From NCBI GenBank assembly GCA_030324005.1, contig JARDVH010000059.1, positions 58,811,879-58,875,878 of the forward strand: 64,000 nucleotides of DNA. Reading direction: 5' to 3'. The notes under the pieces are model-generated. The model was not told the origin of the DNA and made no database searches. It saw only the letters and a list, made by a program, of their open reading frames with translations. This DNA comes from Negaprion brevirostris. Its lineage: Eukaryota. Of this stretch, positions 1-13,060 are shown in pieces (within the stretch, counting starts at the first letter, position 1; each line of letters opens with the position of its first letter). The position numbers and the translations under genes were made by a program.

Positions 1-660
1 GCATTGAACACTATGTTTTTTTCATGTCTGGCATACATAAACCGTCACCTACATTGCTTTCTAATTGTAACACAACTCATAAATCTGCTATTCATGTCAG
101 CAGTCAAAACCTGTTTCCAACTCTTTGCAAGAAAAAGATCCAAACACTCATTTTCCTGCTGTCACCTGTTAATGAGCCACATCGTGAGTTTCTATGGCCT
201 AAATTTTTAGGTCCTTCCCCTTATGGGAATCGCTGCAGGTGAGGTTTTACGGACCATCAAAAGATATGTTGACTTCAAGTGGAAATTTTGGATCCTGAAG
301 CGGAAATCCTGGCTAATGAGTAATTCCATGAACCAGTCTACTTGAAGATTAAAGTTCCTCATAATTATTGCATTGCTTTTGTAACCAGCTCTACTTATTT
401 TTTGATTAATACCCACGGTATTGTTGCCATTAGAGGCCAATAAACTATACTCCCAGTATTCTCTGACCTTAGTTATTTTGTATCCCCACCCATACTGATT
501 TTTATACTTGGCCTTCCAAGTAAAGACTTTATGCCAATCTTTATTATCAGAATCATAAAACTGGTACAGAACAGAGAGATCATGTGACGCACTGGCTCTT
601 AAACAGACATTATGACTTAGTTGCATTTTCCTGCCTTTTTCCTGTACCCCAGCACAATTT
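1..660 (-). mobile_element. Decayed CR1 LINE ORF2 endonuclease region
   Basis: Minus-strand translation INQKISRAGYKSNAIIMRNFNLQVDW resembles the CR1 endonuclease motif IIMGDFNL..DW. Confidence 0.6.
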
Positions 661-676
661 TTTATGTAAGTAATCA

Positions 677-1255
677 TCAAATGCTGTCTTGAATGCCTCG
701 ATTGAACCTGCCTCCACTACACTTCCAGATAGTGCATTCTAGATCGTAACCACTTGTGGTATGAAAAAGTCTTTTTCTCATTTCACATTTACTTATTTTG
801 CAAATCACTTTAAATATGTGTCCTCTTGTTCTTGATCCTTTTGCAAGCAGTAAGTTTTCTCCTGGCCACTCTGACTGGCCCCTCATGATTTTGAACAACT
901 CTATCCAATGTCCTCTTAGCTTTCTTCTCTCTAAGGAGAACAGTCCCGATTTCTCCTCATAACTGAAGGTTCTGATCCCTGGAATCATTCTTGTGAATCT
1001 CTTTTGCACTCTTTTCAATGCATTCACATTCTTCCCATAGCATAGCACCTAGGACTGTACCTAATACTCCAGCTGAGGTCTAAGTCCGTTGTGCAGTACT
1101 GTATCAAATGCCTTTTGAAAGTCTATGTACAACACATCAACAGCATGACCCTCCTCAACCCTTTCTGTTACCTCCTCAAAAAATCCCAGCAAGTTTGTTA
1201 AACATGATTTTTCCTTTAAAAATCCATGCTGGCTGTTCCTAATCACCCCATACTG
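677..1255 (-). mobile_element. CR1 LINE RT and C-terminal fragments
   Basis: SQHGFLKEKSCLTNLLGFFEEVT..VDVLYIDFQKAFDTV and RVQKRFTRMIPG..GLFSLERRKLRG. Confidence 0.9.
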
Positions 1256-1259
1256 TTTC

Positions 1260-1430
1260 TGGGTCAAAACCCTTCAACTCCTTTCTAACAGCACTGTGGG
1301 TGTATGTACACCACATCGACTGCAACGGTTCAGCGGACAGCTTATCACCACCGTCTCAATGGCAATGAGGGATGGAAAATAAACGCTAGTCCAGCCAGGG
1401 ACACCTGCATCCCATGAATGAATCAATTAA
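1260..1430 (+). mobile_element. LINE 3' end, second CR1-clade family
   Basis: GGGTCAAAA..AACAGCACTGTGGGTGTA..CATCCCATGAATGAAT; reverse-complement homologous to the copies at 10583 and 43195. Confidence 0.7.
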
Positions 1431-2624
1431 AATACACCAACTCTCTCGACTGCTCCATTCCCATCAAATATCAGCATGCATACCGTAAATCCAGTATGGA
1501 GCAGACACCCTTCAGTTCAATAGTGGAAAGACTAAAGTAATTGTCTTTAGTCCCTGTTATAAATACTGTTCCCACTGACCCCATCTCTTTCCATGGGAAA
1601 TATCTGAGACTAAACCACATTGTTCAGAAACTTGGTGTCATATTTGTTCTTGAAATGAACTGTCCACTGCATTACGAAGCCATCACTAAGGCTGACTCTC
1701 ACCTCATCCCCACACCATCCCCAGCCCAACCCCAAAGCAATGTCAGGCACAAAGTGCTGCAGGAAGGCTTAATAAGATCAAGGAAGGCTTAATAAGATCA
1801 ATGTGGGACTTCTGTCCCTCACTGGGGAGGAAGCCCTAGCCTCAGGAACTGCCGGCCAACCTAATTGGCCAGCAATCCTGGCAGTGCCAAGAGCACATTA
1901 GTAGGCACTGCTGAGACTGCACCAAAAAAACAGAAGAAAGTCCAATAGATCCCCAGAAACCAGGGACTCTGGGGATTGAACAGGCTTAGGGAGGGGAATT
2001 GTAGGCATTCAGGTTAAGGGAATAGGCAGATAGAAAGAAANNNNNNNNNNNNNNNNNNNNNNNNNNNNNNNNNNNNNNNNNNNNNNNNNNNNNNNNNNNN
2101 NNNNNNNNNNNNNNNNNNNNNNNNNNNNNNNNNNNNNNNNAATTATTTTAAGAATTAGACTGTTCACTCCCACCGGATTGTCATACTGATTATATTATGG
2201 CATGGACAACCAATTACTGAGCTCAATTGACTGGGTAGTAAACCTGCTTGACTCTTAATAATCTATTTAATTGTGGTGGCAAGGCTGATGATTTGGTTCT
2301 CACCCACTCCACGTTATGGGGGTGAGTTTGGGGTGGCTGGAAAGCCCATATACGTAGACAACATGATCTTTAAAAGGGGAGACACAATGCTAGCTTTCTG
2401 ATCCAACAATCCTNNNNNNNNNNCATTAGGAGTTCTTTTCTTGTGAGACCATCAGCATTATTTGACTAGCTGATTCTGCTGCCGTGTCATATACCAACAC
2501 TCATGGTCAGAAACATGCATCACGTATGAGTTGTGTACCGAACAAGTAAGCAAGGGGGTGAGTACAGTTGAGATGGATACTGATATATATAAAACAGTCA
2601 AGAGTATGGTGTTGCTTACTGAGT

Positions 2625-2845
2625 GCTGAGTTGATTAGCTCAATTAGCTGGGTGGCTGGTAAGTGATGCCAAAAGCACATGTTCAATTCCGATACTGGCT
2701 GAGATTTTTAATGAAGGCCTGCCTTTTCAAGCTTGCCCCTTGCCTGAGGTGTGATGATACTCAGTCAGTCACTACTATTCAGCTCTTCTCCTCAAAAAGG
2801 AGAGCAGCTTATGGTCATTTGGGGCAATGGCAATGTTACCTTCTG
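2625..2845 (+). mobile_element. Degenerate tRNA-derived SINE
   Basis: A-box-like TAGCTCAATTAG and B-box-like GTTCAATTCC, followed by a CTTGCCCCTTGCCTGAGG body I recall from shark SINEs. Confidence 0.55.
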
Positions 2846-4643
2846 GGAAGTTAGCTAAATAATACAATTACAATAAAATTATAGTACAATCCCCATCTTG
2901 CCATCCCTGGTGAATTCATTGACAGTGAATCCAATTCTTCTGGACAGACCTATGTGAAGTTACCTGACTAACCCAATGGTGATTATGAAGGAAAAGCATA
3001 TCCCTCCACAGCTATACTTACTGAAGCACCATTTCCATAGCTGTCTCCATGACGGGTGGTATCCTGTATTTATCATCAACGAAATGTTCCTTTGTTTTTT
3101 CCAATATCTCAGCAACAACGTTAATAGTAAGATGAAAAAGTGCTGCTACTATTAAAGCCTGTACGGTAAACAATCTCTCAAACACAAAATGGGAGGTGTG
3201 AATCCTATGTGTGGTGGGTTGTATGACACACACTGGGGTCATTGTTTGGCATCAGAATTGTCCTCGGGCTATCTGTAACCTAATATGGTTGCTCTCGTCT
3301 TGCACTATTCTTAAATTAACAATTGATCTGACACTTCCACAATTTAGAGTGGATGTAAATTGATTACTGTCCTTCTTAAGACGTAATACAATTACATCTG
3401 AAATAATTCTACATTGTGCCAGTGTTGGGACTGGTAATAGGCAGCTTGCGTGACAAGAATGCTCCTAATCTATCTCTTTTCTCCAGAACTGTGGCCTTTC
3501 AGCGAATGACAGACACCATCCAGCATATAGAATTTTGCAGTGGCAGCTTGCTAAGAAAAACATGAGAGATCAGCCCTTCTGCTCTGTTTCCGCTGGCTGC
3601 ACACTATGATTTATTTGAAATCCCAAGAGCAGCTTATCAGCCAAGTTCGAAGAATGCAGACTTAGTGCCTACCTGTTTACTCTAGGCACTGGGTCTATTG
3701 TTCTGTCATATGCCCTGAATGATTGTGGATGGTTGACCTTGGCTGGTAAACTGTGATGATTTTACAAGAATCAACATGTTTCTAAGACAGTAGGCATGTG
3801 CTCATTTACTGTTTATAATTTATATTTTGGACTCAATAGAAACCTGACTGAGTCTTTGATTTAACACTGATCTATATAATTTTTGAGATTGGCCATAGTA
3901 TTAACCAGTCTTGGGTGACGAAAAACTGAATTACTGCTGGGATATAAAGTTCATTTAAGGATGTAATAGTTGATGTTGTACTTCCTAGCCATTAAAAGAG
4001 ATTTTTTATGTTGCAACATTTGATAATAGGGTAACAGAAATATCTTTTATTCAAAAAGGTTTTTTCATATTAAAGCCCAGAAAGTGGTTTAAGAATGATC
4101 TCAGTGCTGGAGCATTTAAGCCTGAAGAATTCCTCATATTTTGTCTCAGAGCTCATTCACATGAGCCTGCTGGAGTGCAGAATCCTTGTCAGTCAGCAAA
4201 GTTGATTCCAATTTTGGGCCATTGCATGGGTTGTGAGCCATAGTAAGGTCCTGGGAAATGGCAGAAGGAATTNNNNNNNNNNNNNNNNNNNNNNNNNNNN
4301 NNNNNNNNNNNNNNNNNNNNNNNNNNNNNNNNNNNNNNNNNNNNNNNNNNNNNNNNNNNNNNNNNNNNNNNNNNNNNNNNNNNNNNNNNNNNNNNNNNNN
4401 NNNNNNNNNNNNNNNNNNNNNNNNNNNNNNNNNNNNNNNNNNNNNNNNNNNNNNNNNNNNNNNNNNNNNNNNNNNNNNNNNNNNNNNNNNNNNNNNNNNN
4501 NNNNNNNNNNNNNNNNNNNNNNNNNNNNNNNNNNNNNNNNNNNNNNNNNNNNNNNNNNNNNNNNNNNNNNNNNNNNNNNNNNNNNNNNNNNNNNNNNNNN
4601 NNNNNNNNNNNNNNNNNNNNNNNNNNNNNNNNNNNNNNNNNNN

Positions 4644-4790
4644 GGGGATTAAGGGTTATGGGGAGAGGGCGGGAGTGTGGAACTGAGCCACGACAGATCA
4701 GCCATGATTTTATTGAATGGTGGGGCAGGCTTGAAGTGCTGCATGGCCTACTCCTGCTCCTATTTCTTATGTTCTTATGTTCTTATGATA
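4644..4790 (+). mobile_element. CR1 LINE 3' end with (TTCTTATG)n tail
   Basis: IKGYGERAGVW*, then GGCCTACTCCTGCTCCTAT and three TTCTTATG repeats. Confidence 0.85.
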
Positions 4791-4819
4791 CTTTATGTTA
4801 TAAGAATGTGTATGTAAGA

Positions 4820-6081
4820 TCAGTCTTCATCTTTGCAATCAGCTTGCAACTGATGACAATATACGTATATATAGCCAAAAATAATAGTTAAGGATCGATG
4901 ATCAGTCAATAATGTGAAACAACAACTACATAATAAATGATGAAACTTCTGTATGCCAAAAATTATACTCAATAATTTTTCTAGCTGAGAGTAGTTAGAT
5001 TCAGCACTCAGAATATGCAAAGCATTCTTCTCCCAAAAACAGGATATGTGAAACTACGGCCATTAATCCAAAAGCTGCAGCATTGCAGGCAAGCAATAAT
5101 GATAGCTTTGAATTAAAATGGACAATACTTCAGATTCCCGCAAAGCAGCTTTGACATCCTTGTATGCTTTCTCTCATTCTGTTGTCCAATCCCATAACTA
5201 GTAAGTTATGTAATAGCTTTAATAATGTAGCTAAGAACAAATTGGCCATAATAATTTACTAATCCTAGAAAACAGTTCAATTGCATCATGTTCATTAGAC
5301 TTGGCGCTTCTAAAATAGTGTCCATCATTTTGGGTGCTTTATGTCAGTCTTTAATGTCAATAACATGACTCAAATACTGGGCTGAAGTCATGAAAAAACT
5401 TGTTCCAGGTAACACTACTCCAGAGAGACCACTTAAAATATGATACATCGTTCTTTGCAATAAGGCTGGTGCCTGGTGTTATTCCAAAAAGCAATCTTTT
5501 ATAATGAAAAAGACTTTATGTGTAACAATAAGCAATGGTTTAGATTCAATGGCTACATTCATCTGTAAATTCACTTGTGAAAGATCAGTCTTGCTGAATT
5601 TCTGTCCACCTGATAATTCAGAACAATTACATGAGGGACAGTGATGCAATTGCAGATAATATAACATTTCTACAATGAAGGCAAAGACACAAACAAACAA
5701 TTACACAAATGCCAAGGAAACATAATCACCTGTGACAACCCCTTATGTGATCATTGTAACTTAAACCTCTGTATACGAGTGCTGTGTCTGAGTTCTCCCT
5801 CCTCGGTGGTAGTTTTCTGATACTAATACGTCATCTGACTTGATGACCTTGGTGGCTGGTCAGTGCCGGTGTGAAATGATGAGGCATCTAATGACTCTGC
5901 TAGTTGTGGTGAGCAGGGAAGTTCAAACCAATATCATGTTGGATGAGCTACAGTTCACATCTGCAGGCTCCTCTCAGGGTACATCAGATGATGGTAGCAG
6001 CTCCTCCGCCCCTCTGCCTGTGACTGTCAAACCTGATGAGACCATGATGACTAAGGAGTGTCCAGCCATGGCACCAGTCTT
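4820..6081 (-). mobile_element. Decayed Gypsy/Ty3 LTR retrotransposon pol fragments
   Basis: YSQLEK.LSIIFGIQKFH..FTLLTDHRSL (RNase H) and FSKTDLSQ (RT); multiple stops and frameshifts. Confidence 0.8.
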
Positions 6082-6406
6082 NNNNNNNNNNNNNNNNNNN
6101 NNNNNNNNNNNNNNNNNNNNNNNNNNNNNNNNNNNNNNNNNNNNNNNNNNNNNNNNNNNNNNNNNNNNNNNNNNNNNNNNNNNNNNNNNNNNNNNNNNNN
6201 NNNNNNNNNNNNNNNNNNNNNNNNNNNNNNNNNNNNNNNNNNNNNNNNNNNNNNNNNNNNNNNNNNNNNNNNNNNNNNNNNNNNNNNNNNNNNNNNNNNN
6301 NNNNNNNNNNNNNNNNNNNNNNNNNNNNNNNNNNNNNNNNNNNNNNNNNNNNNNNNNNNNNNNNNNNNNNNNNNNNNNNNNNNNNNNNNNNNNNNNNNNN
6401 NNNNNN

Positions 6407-7140
6407 TTTTCCTTTGCCATCATCTTGGTTCCTTGCTCTAGATTTCTGACTGAAAATCTTCTGAATCAAATTCTCCCTTCCTCCCATTACGATGCTCACA
6501 CTGAGCTCCTCAACCAGAGGCTCCTCCAGCTCCTCCTCAGACTCAGCACTTGAATCATCTTCTGCAGCTTGTGGAGCTGGATTGCTGTCTTCATCCCCCA
6601 CCCCCCCAACTAGTTGACAGAGCCAGATTGTGCAATGCAGGGTCATGCACTCAGCAGGATTTTGAAGTGAGCTCCCTGAATGGTCCAGGCAGCAAAACAC
6701 CTCTTGGGAAGGTGTATGGTCCTCTCAATTACTGCCCTTGCAGAGGCATGTCTTCGATTGTAGCACTCCTCAGCTGCATGCCCTGAATGTCTGTGGCATC
6801 ATCAGTAAACTTTTCAGTGGATAGCCTTTGTCCCCCAGGAGCCAACCATCCAATCAACTGGAGCCAAAAAGAGCCTTGGCACCTGGGAATGATGGATGAT
6901 TTGGCATCATGGCAGTTTCCTGACACCAAGCACAAACCCGTGGTGTCTGATTCTTATGGTCACACTCAATCCGGATGTTGAAGGAATAGAATCTTTTTTT
7001 ACTGAAAAAAGCCACTGAAAATCATAGTCAATTGCATTTGAAATTGCTTTAATTTGCCCTTTGAGTGTTGGCGGGCATACTTCCAACTTTTGTATGTGCT
7101 CCCACTGACCAAAATATCGTGAGGCATTATGATGATGAGA
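6407..7140 (-). mobile_element. Decayed PIF/Harbinger (HARBI1-like) transposase
   Basis: In-order minus-strand motifs NAID, KRFYSFNIRIECDH, GNCHDA, FCCLDHSGSSLQ, an acidic tract, RENLIQKIF. Confidence 0.8.
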
Positions 7141-9154
7141 GGATGCACCCACACCCCCTCCCCCACTTTTTCAGAAAGAAACCTATTATGAAATGAGATT
7201 TGTAGTTAACCCATAGTCAGATCCAGCATTATGAATTAATGTGAATGGCATTAGGTAATGAATGCAAAGACTCAATACGAGAGTTGGGGGGTGGGATGAA
7301 CTGATTGTCGGGTACGCTGACTTTTTTTAACAGAGAACAGAACCAACCAAGCATGTGTTTAAAAAAACTTTATTACATCACAGGATCCAAATTTACTGCG
7401 TGATTCCTTTTTGCATTGATAAGATTCCTCCAGTTTGCGAAGAATCCTGAAAAAATCAGTAAGGAATACTTTCCTGGTTGAAAATCAAAACTGGTTTGAT
7501 CACATTTGCTTGCAGATCCAGCTCCCTCTTATTCAAACCAAATGTAGTTTTTCAAGAATCAATCTGTAAGCCTAACAATTATGAAAACAATTATCGAAAG
7601 AGTAACTATTATTTGGGAAAGAAAGATTTTCTGTATAATTAAAACTGATCTGCAATGCCCTTAATCTCTAATTTTGAAAAGTTTGTCCAAGAAGGGATTG
7701 AAACAGCCTGGGTTCTATGGTCTCATTTTAGCTGACCCCAGGCACTAGGAATGTGATAATTTCCTCTTCTACTTGATAACAATTTCCTGGTCTCATACCT
7801 TGTGTAAAAGCTAAGTGCACAAAATAATGGCAGTGTACAGGGTCAGAAGAATTTGGAAGTGTACGGCATGCCACAGGCATTTCTTAGGTCATTAGGCCAG
7901 TGATAAGTGATGTGTTTCCTTAATAGTTTTTATAAAAGATGACTCATTCAAGAAGAATGAATAAAATTATTTCAGTTGTGATAATTATAAATTGAAATGA
8001 AAATGAGGAATGCATTTATAGCCATTGAATCCTAACTCAAAGTAATTCTGCATCTTCTTGTGTTAATGTTTCTATTCTGATTAATCCATTAATGTATTTA
8101 TTTGTTACTCAGATACATATTTGGTCATAAACACTAATGGATTCACTCGACCTTGTTTCTGTTGGGTGGAATTTGCTGCTCCCACTAACAGTGGGAATTA
8201 TAGTAGGCTGAGATTCCTAATTTGACAGGAGGTACAAAACCTGTTTTCCAGCAATGAAATAAACTGTTGAAATTCTGTCTCCCAACTTCCAAGGCTGCTT
8301 GAGTTTCCCAATGAACAATGTCAGGAATGCCACTTGTGTTCCTTAGCATCTCATGGCATCTCATTTAAAGGCCACCTTATTGGAATAAAGACGGAGCAGA
8401 GGCCATAGAGAGGGTACACTCCATAGAGGCTGTGGAGAGGGTAAACTTCATTTGATGTCCCCTCCCTAGTTGGAGACAGGCATCTTGACAGTGACAAGAG
8501 GGAGACAATGTACACAGTAATCATAGTGTAGATACTTGCCAGTACTCTCCTTGTGTGTACCTCATTGAGATCCTCGTCTGAGTCTCCTGTGAGACCTTGC
8601 TCTCCAGAGAGCTGGCAAATGAACCCTTCTTTACGCCCCAGCCTGGCTCTTCACAGTGACTCACCACATACAGATTTCTTATTCTGCTACCTGGCATGAT
8701 TAAACAAGCTGCAGATGGTGTCTAACATCTGCTTTGTTGTTTTCCACTTCATCTGCCTACCCTCAATCCAGCTTTCCCCTTCTGATTATTTGCTTTCAGA
8801 CACCCATGAACTGCTACCTGCCCAGGCACAGCAACTCTGTGAGGAAGTGAGAGCAACAACCCAACACTGATAGAAAGACCTATCCCCTGATCTAGCACTC
8901 ACAGCCACAGTTCAGACACTGGCACAGAACATTCCATGGAAATACTGCAAAGAAAATAAAGGTCTTATACTGAATTAAAACTTTCAAGGTCCTAAGTCAC
9001 ATTTCAAGGTACAAGTGAAGGGATAATGTTGCTGATTCCCTCCACCACTGAAGGTGGACTGAGGCAATGAACCTGTCAGTTAGTCTGTTTGTTAGTTTGT
9101 AAACAATATATCTCTGAAACTAATGGATGGATATCAATGAAATTTGGTACAGCA

Positions 9155-9865
9155 CAGAATTATAGAATCTCACAGTGCCAAAAGGGCCCTTTGGCTCAAC
9201 ACGTTTGTACTGTCACATGAGAAACATCTGACCTATCTACCTACCTAATGCCAAATACCAGCACTTGGCCAATGCCGTGACTCCTATGAATTGTTCACCC
9301 AGGTACTTTTTAAAGGCCATGAGGCAATATGCCTTCANNNNNNNNNNNNNNNNNNNNNNNNNNNNNNNNNNNNNNNNNNNNNNNNNNNNNNNNNNNNNNN
9401 NNNNNNNNNNNNNNNNNNNNNNNNNNNNNNNNNNNNNNNNNNNNNNNNNNNNNNNNNNNNNNNNNNNNNNNNNNNNNNNNNNNNNNNNNNNNNNNNNNNN
9501 NNNNNNNNNNNNNNNNNNNNNNNNNNNNNNNNNNNNNNNNNNNNNNNNNNNNNNNNNNNNNNNNNNNNNNNNNNNNNNNNNNNNNNNNNNNNNNNNNNNN
9601 NNNNNNNNNNNNNNNNNNNNNNCCTCTGGTGCAATCACATCCTTCTGATAATATGGCGACCAGAACTGCACACAGTACTCCAGCTGTGGCCTCACCAAAG
9701 TTCTATAAAAATCTATGACTTCCCTGTTTTTGTAATCTATGCCTTGATTGATAAAGGCAAGTGTCCCAACTACCTTTTTCACCACCTCGCCAAAATGTCC
9801 TTCCACCTTCAGAGATCTGTGGACAAACACACCAAGGTCCCTTTGTTTCACAGAGCTATCTAAGG
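9155..9865 (-). mobile_element. CR1 LINE 3' fragment (spans a gap)
   Basis: QRDLGVFVHRSLKV..YRTLVRPQLEYCVQFWSPYYQKD. Confidence 0.9.
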
Positions 9866-9869
9866 TCAT

Positions 9870-9985
9870 GAAAGCAGATGCTGGAGTCTGAAACAGAAAA
9901 TGCTGGAAACTCAGCAGGTCTGAAAGCATCTGTGGAGAAAGAATACAGCCAACATTTTGAGTCTGGATGACCCTTTGTCTGGTGC
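9870..9985. repeat. Penelope-like short repeat
   Basis: AAACAGAAAATGCTGGAAACTCAGCAGGTCTG..CATCTGTGGAGA; related copies at about 10480, 15390 and 52945. Confidence 0.6.
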
Positions 9986-10582
9986 TGGGAGAAGCACTTG
10001 GATTGCGCTAATCTGGCCCCATTGAAATCTCCCAGTCCTTTGCACTAATAAATTAGCTCAGCAGGATGGGAGAATCACTGCCATTTTTCCTCATCTTAGT
10101 CCTAAATTATTGCCAATAATTAAAGATTTTGGCATTTCCCTGTCTTGGAAACTGGAAGGCAGAACTCTTCCCCTGATTAAAAGGTTGCATGAACACTAAT
10201 GTAACTAAGTGGTGACATTACAAGGATTGCCCAGATTCAGCATAAACTCCACAGAATTTAAAGACTTTGCGTAAAAAAAAGTAACTTCTGTATGTCGCAG
10301 TAAAATAAATAACATTATCCTGGTTTACTGCAAAAAATTTACAGTTTGTCATGCTTTATTCTTTAAAATATTTATAAATAACTAATTATTTCCAATTGTT
10401 CAACTTGATAATAGTCTCGGCCTATATGTCTAACTCTCCCAATTCATTTAAAAATAACAATATAAACCTTTTGGAAATCTGGGAACAAAACAGAAAATGC
10501 TAGAAACACTCATCAGGTCAGTCAGCATTTGTGGGTGGAACTGATAACAACAACTTGCATTTATATAGCTTTTTCAATTTTT

Positions 10583-10945
10583 TTATTCTTTCATGGGGTG
10601 TGGGTGTTGCTGGCTGGACCAGCATTTATTGCCCATCTTAATTGCCCTTGAGCATGTGGTGCTGAGCCTCCTTCTTGAACTGCTGGAGTCCACGTGGTAT
10701 AGAAACGCCCACAGTGCTGCCAGGGAGGGGATTGCAGGATTTTGACCTAGTGACAGTGAAGGCACAGCAAAATAGTTCCAAGCCAGGATAATGAGGCTTG
10801 TAGAGGAACTTACAAGTGGTGGTGTTTCCACACATGTTGCCCTTGTCCTTCTAGGTGATACAAGTCATAGGTTTAGAAGACGCTGTCAAAGGAGCCTGGT
10901 GAGTTCCTGCAGTGCGTCTTGTAGATGGTACGCACTGTTGGTGGA
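10583..10945 (-). mobile_element. CR1-clade LINE 3' end
   Basis: GSTVGVSIPRGLQQFKKEAQHHMLKGN*; homologous to 1260-1430 and 43195-43825. Confidence 0.8.
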
Positions 10946-11699
10946 AAGAATAAAATATCCCAAGGTGATTCACAGGAACATTATCAAAATTTGGCTCAAA
11001 TTCAATATTAGGGTAGGCTCAGAGAGATGGATTTTAGGAAAAGTTTTAAAGGAGGAAAGAGACAGAAAATGGCAGGGAGGTTGACTGACCAATTAAAATC
11101 AGGACTGCTCAAAAGGCCAGAATTAGAGGATTACAAATATAGAGGGTGGGGGAAGGTGTGGGAAGATGGGTTAGTTACAGCGCTGAAGGATGTTACAGAA
11201 ATAGGGAGGGATGAGACCATGGAGGGGGAGAGTGCACGTGGAGAATCGAGAAGAGTGAGAGCGGAGGACCATGGACAGGCAGTCAGCGGCAGTGAGAGGA
11301 GAGTGCAAGAGGAGTACACTGAGTCAAGCAGTCAGTTGCAGCTAGAGGGGAGTGTAAGTAGAAGACAAAGAGGGTCAGGCAGTTAGCAGCACCTAGCATC
11401 TAACATTACTTGAGAAACATATGCTCATTGTTTGGATGACATTGTAGCTGAGAATTAGAAAAATACATTGGGCAGCCTCACTTGGGCAAGATTATAAAAT
11501 CCTGTCTGAGGCCAACGGATAATTCTGTTCCTGAAATCTTGCCCATCCTGATTCTGGGGCAGGCGAGGTGATAGAATTTCAGCCATACTTTATAAAAGAA
11601 GCATCTAGTTACATTCAAGTAAGAAACACTAGCAGTAGGGAAATAAATTCAAGGCTGGGTCAAAAAAATTTGCATATGTAAACTAAAGAAGAATAAAGT

Positions 11700-12545
11700 C
11701 AGTGTAAGGAAAGTCAACTGAAGCCATGGCAGGACGGCTCAGTCTTACAGAATGTGTGTGTCGTAGTATGTGGAAAGTCACAGATGCTCCTGGTGTCCTA
11801 GATGGCAACATATGTGGGAAGCATCGCCAGCAGCATAACTTTGAGTTTGGGATTTCAGCGCTCAAATGACTGCCAGAGTTACTGTTAACCATCAGCAAGG
11901 CTGAGAGCTATGTAGATAGCACGTTCAGAGAGATGGTCACATGACAACTTAGGAGCCTGGAGGCAGAAAAGGAATGAGTGATCACTGGGCAGTCTGTGAA
12001 AATCAGGCAACGAATGCAGGAATCCCCTGCAAACATTCTCACCAATCGGTGAGGACATTAATTCCTTGGAGGATTGCAATCAAAGCCACATTTGTAGCAG
12101 GGGAAAGAGGGGATGGGCAGTATTGTTCTGCATTCATTAGTCAGGGGAACAGACAGGTGTTTTTATAGCCATCCATGTGACTCCAGGATAGTAGGTTGCC
12201 TCCCTGGTGCCAGGGTCAAAGATGGTTTAGAGAGGTTGCAGGAGGAGCCTAGGGAGGATGATTAGTCAAAGGTTGTGGCCTACCTTGGCACCAAATCAGA
12301 TAGGAAAGGGAATGAGATCCTGAAAGCCAATTTCAGGGAGTCAGGAAGGAGACTGGAAAACAGGACCTCTAAATCAGTAATCTCAAGGTTACTTCCAGTC
12401 CCATATGCAAATGAGTGCAGTTATAGGAGAATTAAGCATTTAAATACATAAGCTTGGGAAACAAAGGTGGGCTTCAGATTCCAGAGACATTGGACCGGTT
12501 CTGGGGAAGGTGGGACCAGTGCAAGCTCGATGGTCTACACGTTTT
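11700..12545 (+). mobile_element. CR1 LINE ORF1 relic (zinc finger and SGNH-esterase-like region)
   Basis: GCCATGGCA start, ECVCRSMWKV..ICGK, and DSRIVGCLPGARVKD, typical of CR1 ORF1. Confidence 0.75.
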
Positions 12546-12649
12546 TGCCACATAAATGAATTGAAAAAAATGTCTGAGCTGCTGAGGGACCTGAATACTA
12601 AGCTCAGCTTTCCTCAGAACTGATCACAAACATGCAGAGCTTTCCATTT

Positions 12650-13060
12650 CTTACCTGACCTGGTGCAAGAGTTTCCCGAGAAGGTGTCCTTTCCCACCCC
12701 ACCTCCCTGTCTCTGCTGCCTAGCGAGCAAGCTGCAAGTCAAGCAAGCACTTGTTGTTCTTGAGGAGAAAGCAGCGTCCCCACCCCTCCCTGGCGAGACC
12801 CCTGTGAAGTCACGGAGCGGCGTGTCGGAGTGACAATGGGAACATGCAGAGCGTGACAGGAGGGCAATGTGTCCGTGCCTTCACCTGGCTCCAGCTTCAC
12901 TCCCATGGAAACTGAAAATTCTCCAAAAGCAGCAGCAGGCGCCTAGCATTACAATTCCCAGCATAGCCGCTCAGTTACTATGGTGAGTCCATCCAACATG
13001 TTTAACCATCCATTTCCAGGCAAGCCCGACGAAGCGCCAACAAGCGCGCTACAAATTTAT
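12650..13060. promoter_or_regulatory. Candidate CpG-containing promoter / non-coding first exon(s)
   Basis: Local GC and CpG enrichment in non-repeat-looking sequence. TTACAATTCCCAGCAT (12949-12964, ZNF143/SBS-like); X-box-like CCATGGAAAC (12903-12912) and GTTACTATGGTGAG (12974-12987); + strand donor TG|GTGAGT at 12983; - strand donor CAG|GTAAGA at 12654. Confidence 0.5.

Noticed and set aside
207-680. 157-aa minus-strand ORF
   Set aside because: Contains decayed CR1 endonuclease motifs; a retroelement relic.
6407-7140. Domesticated HARBI1 gene
   Set aside because: The motifs are spread over several frames with stops, indicating a decayed transposon.
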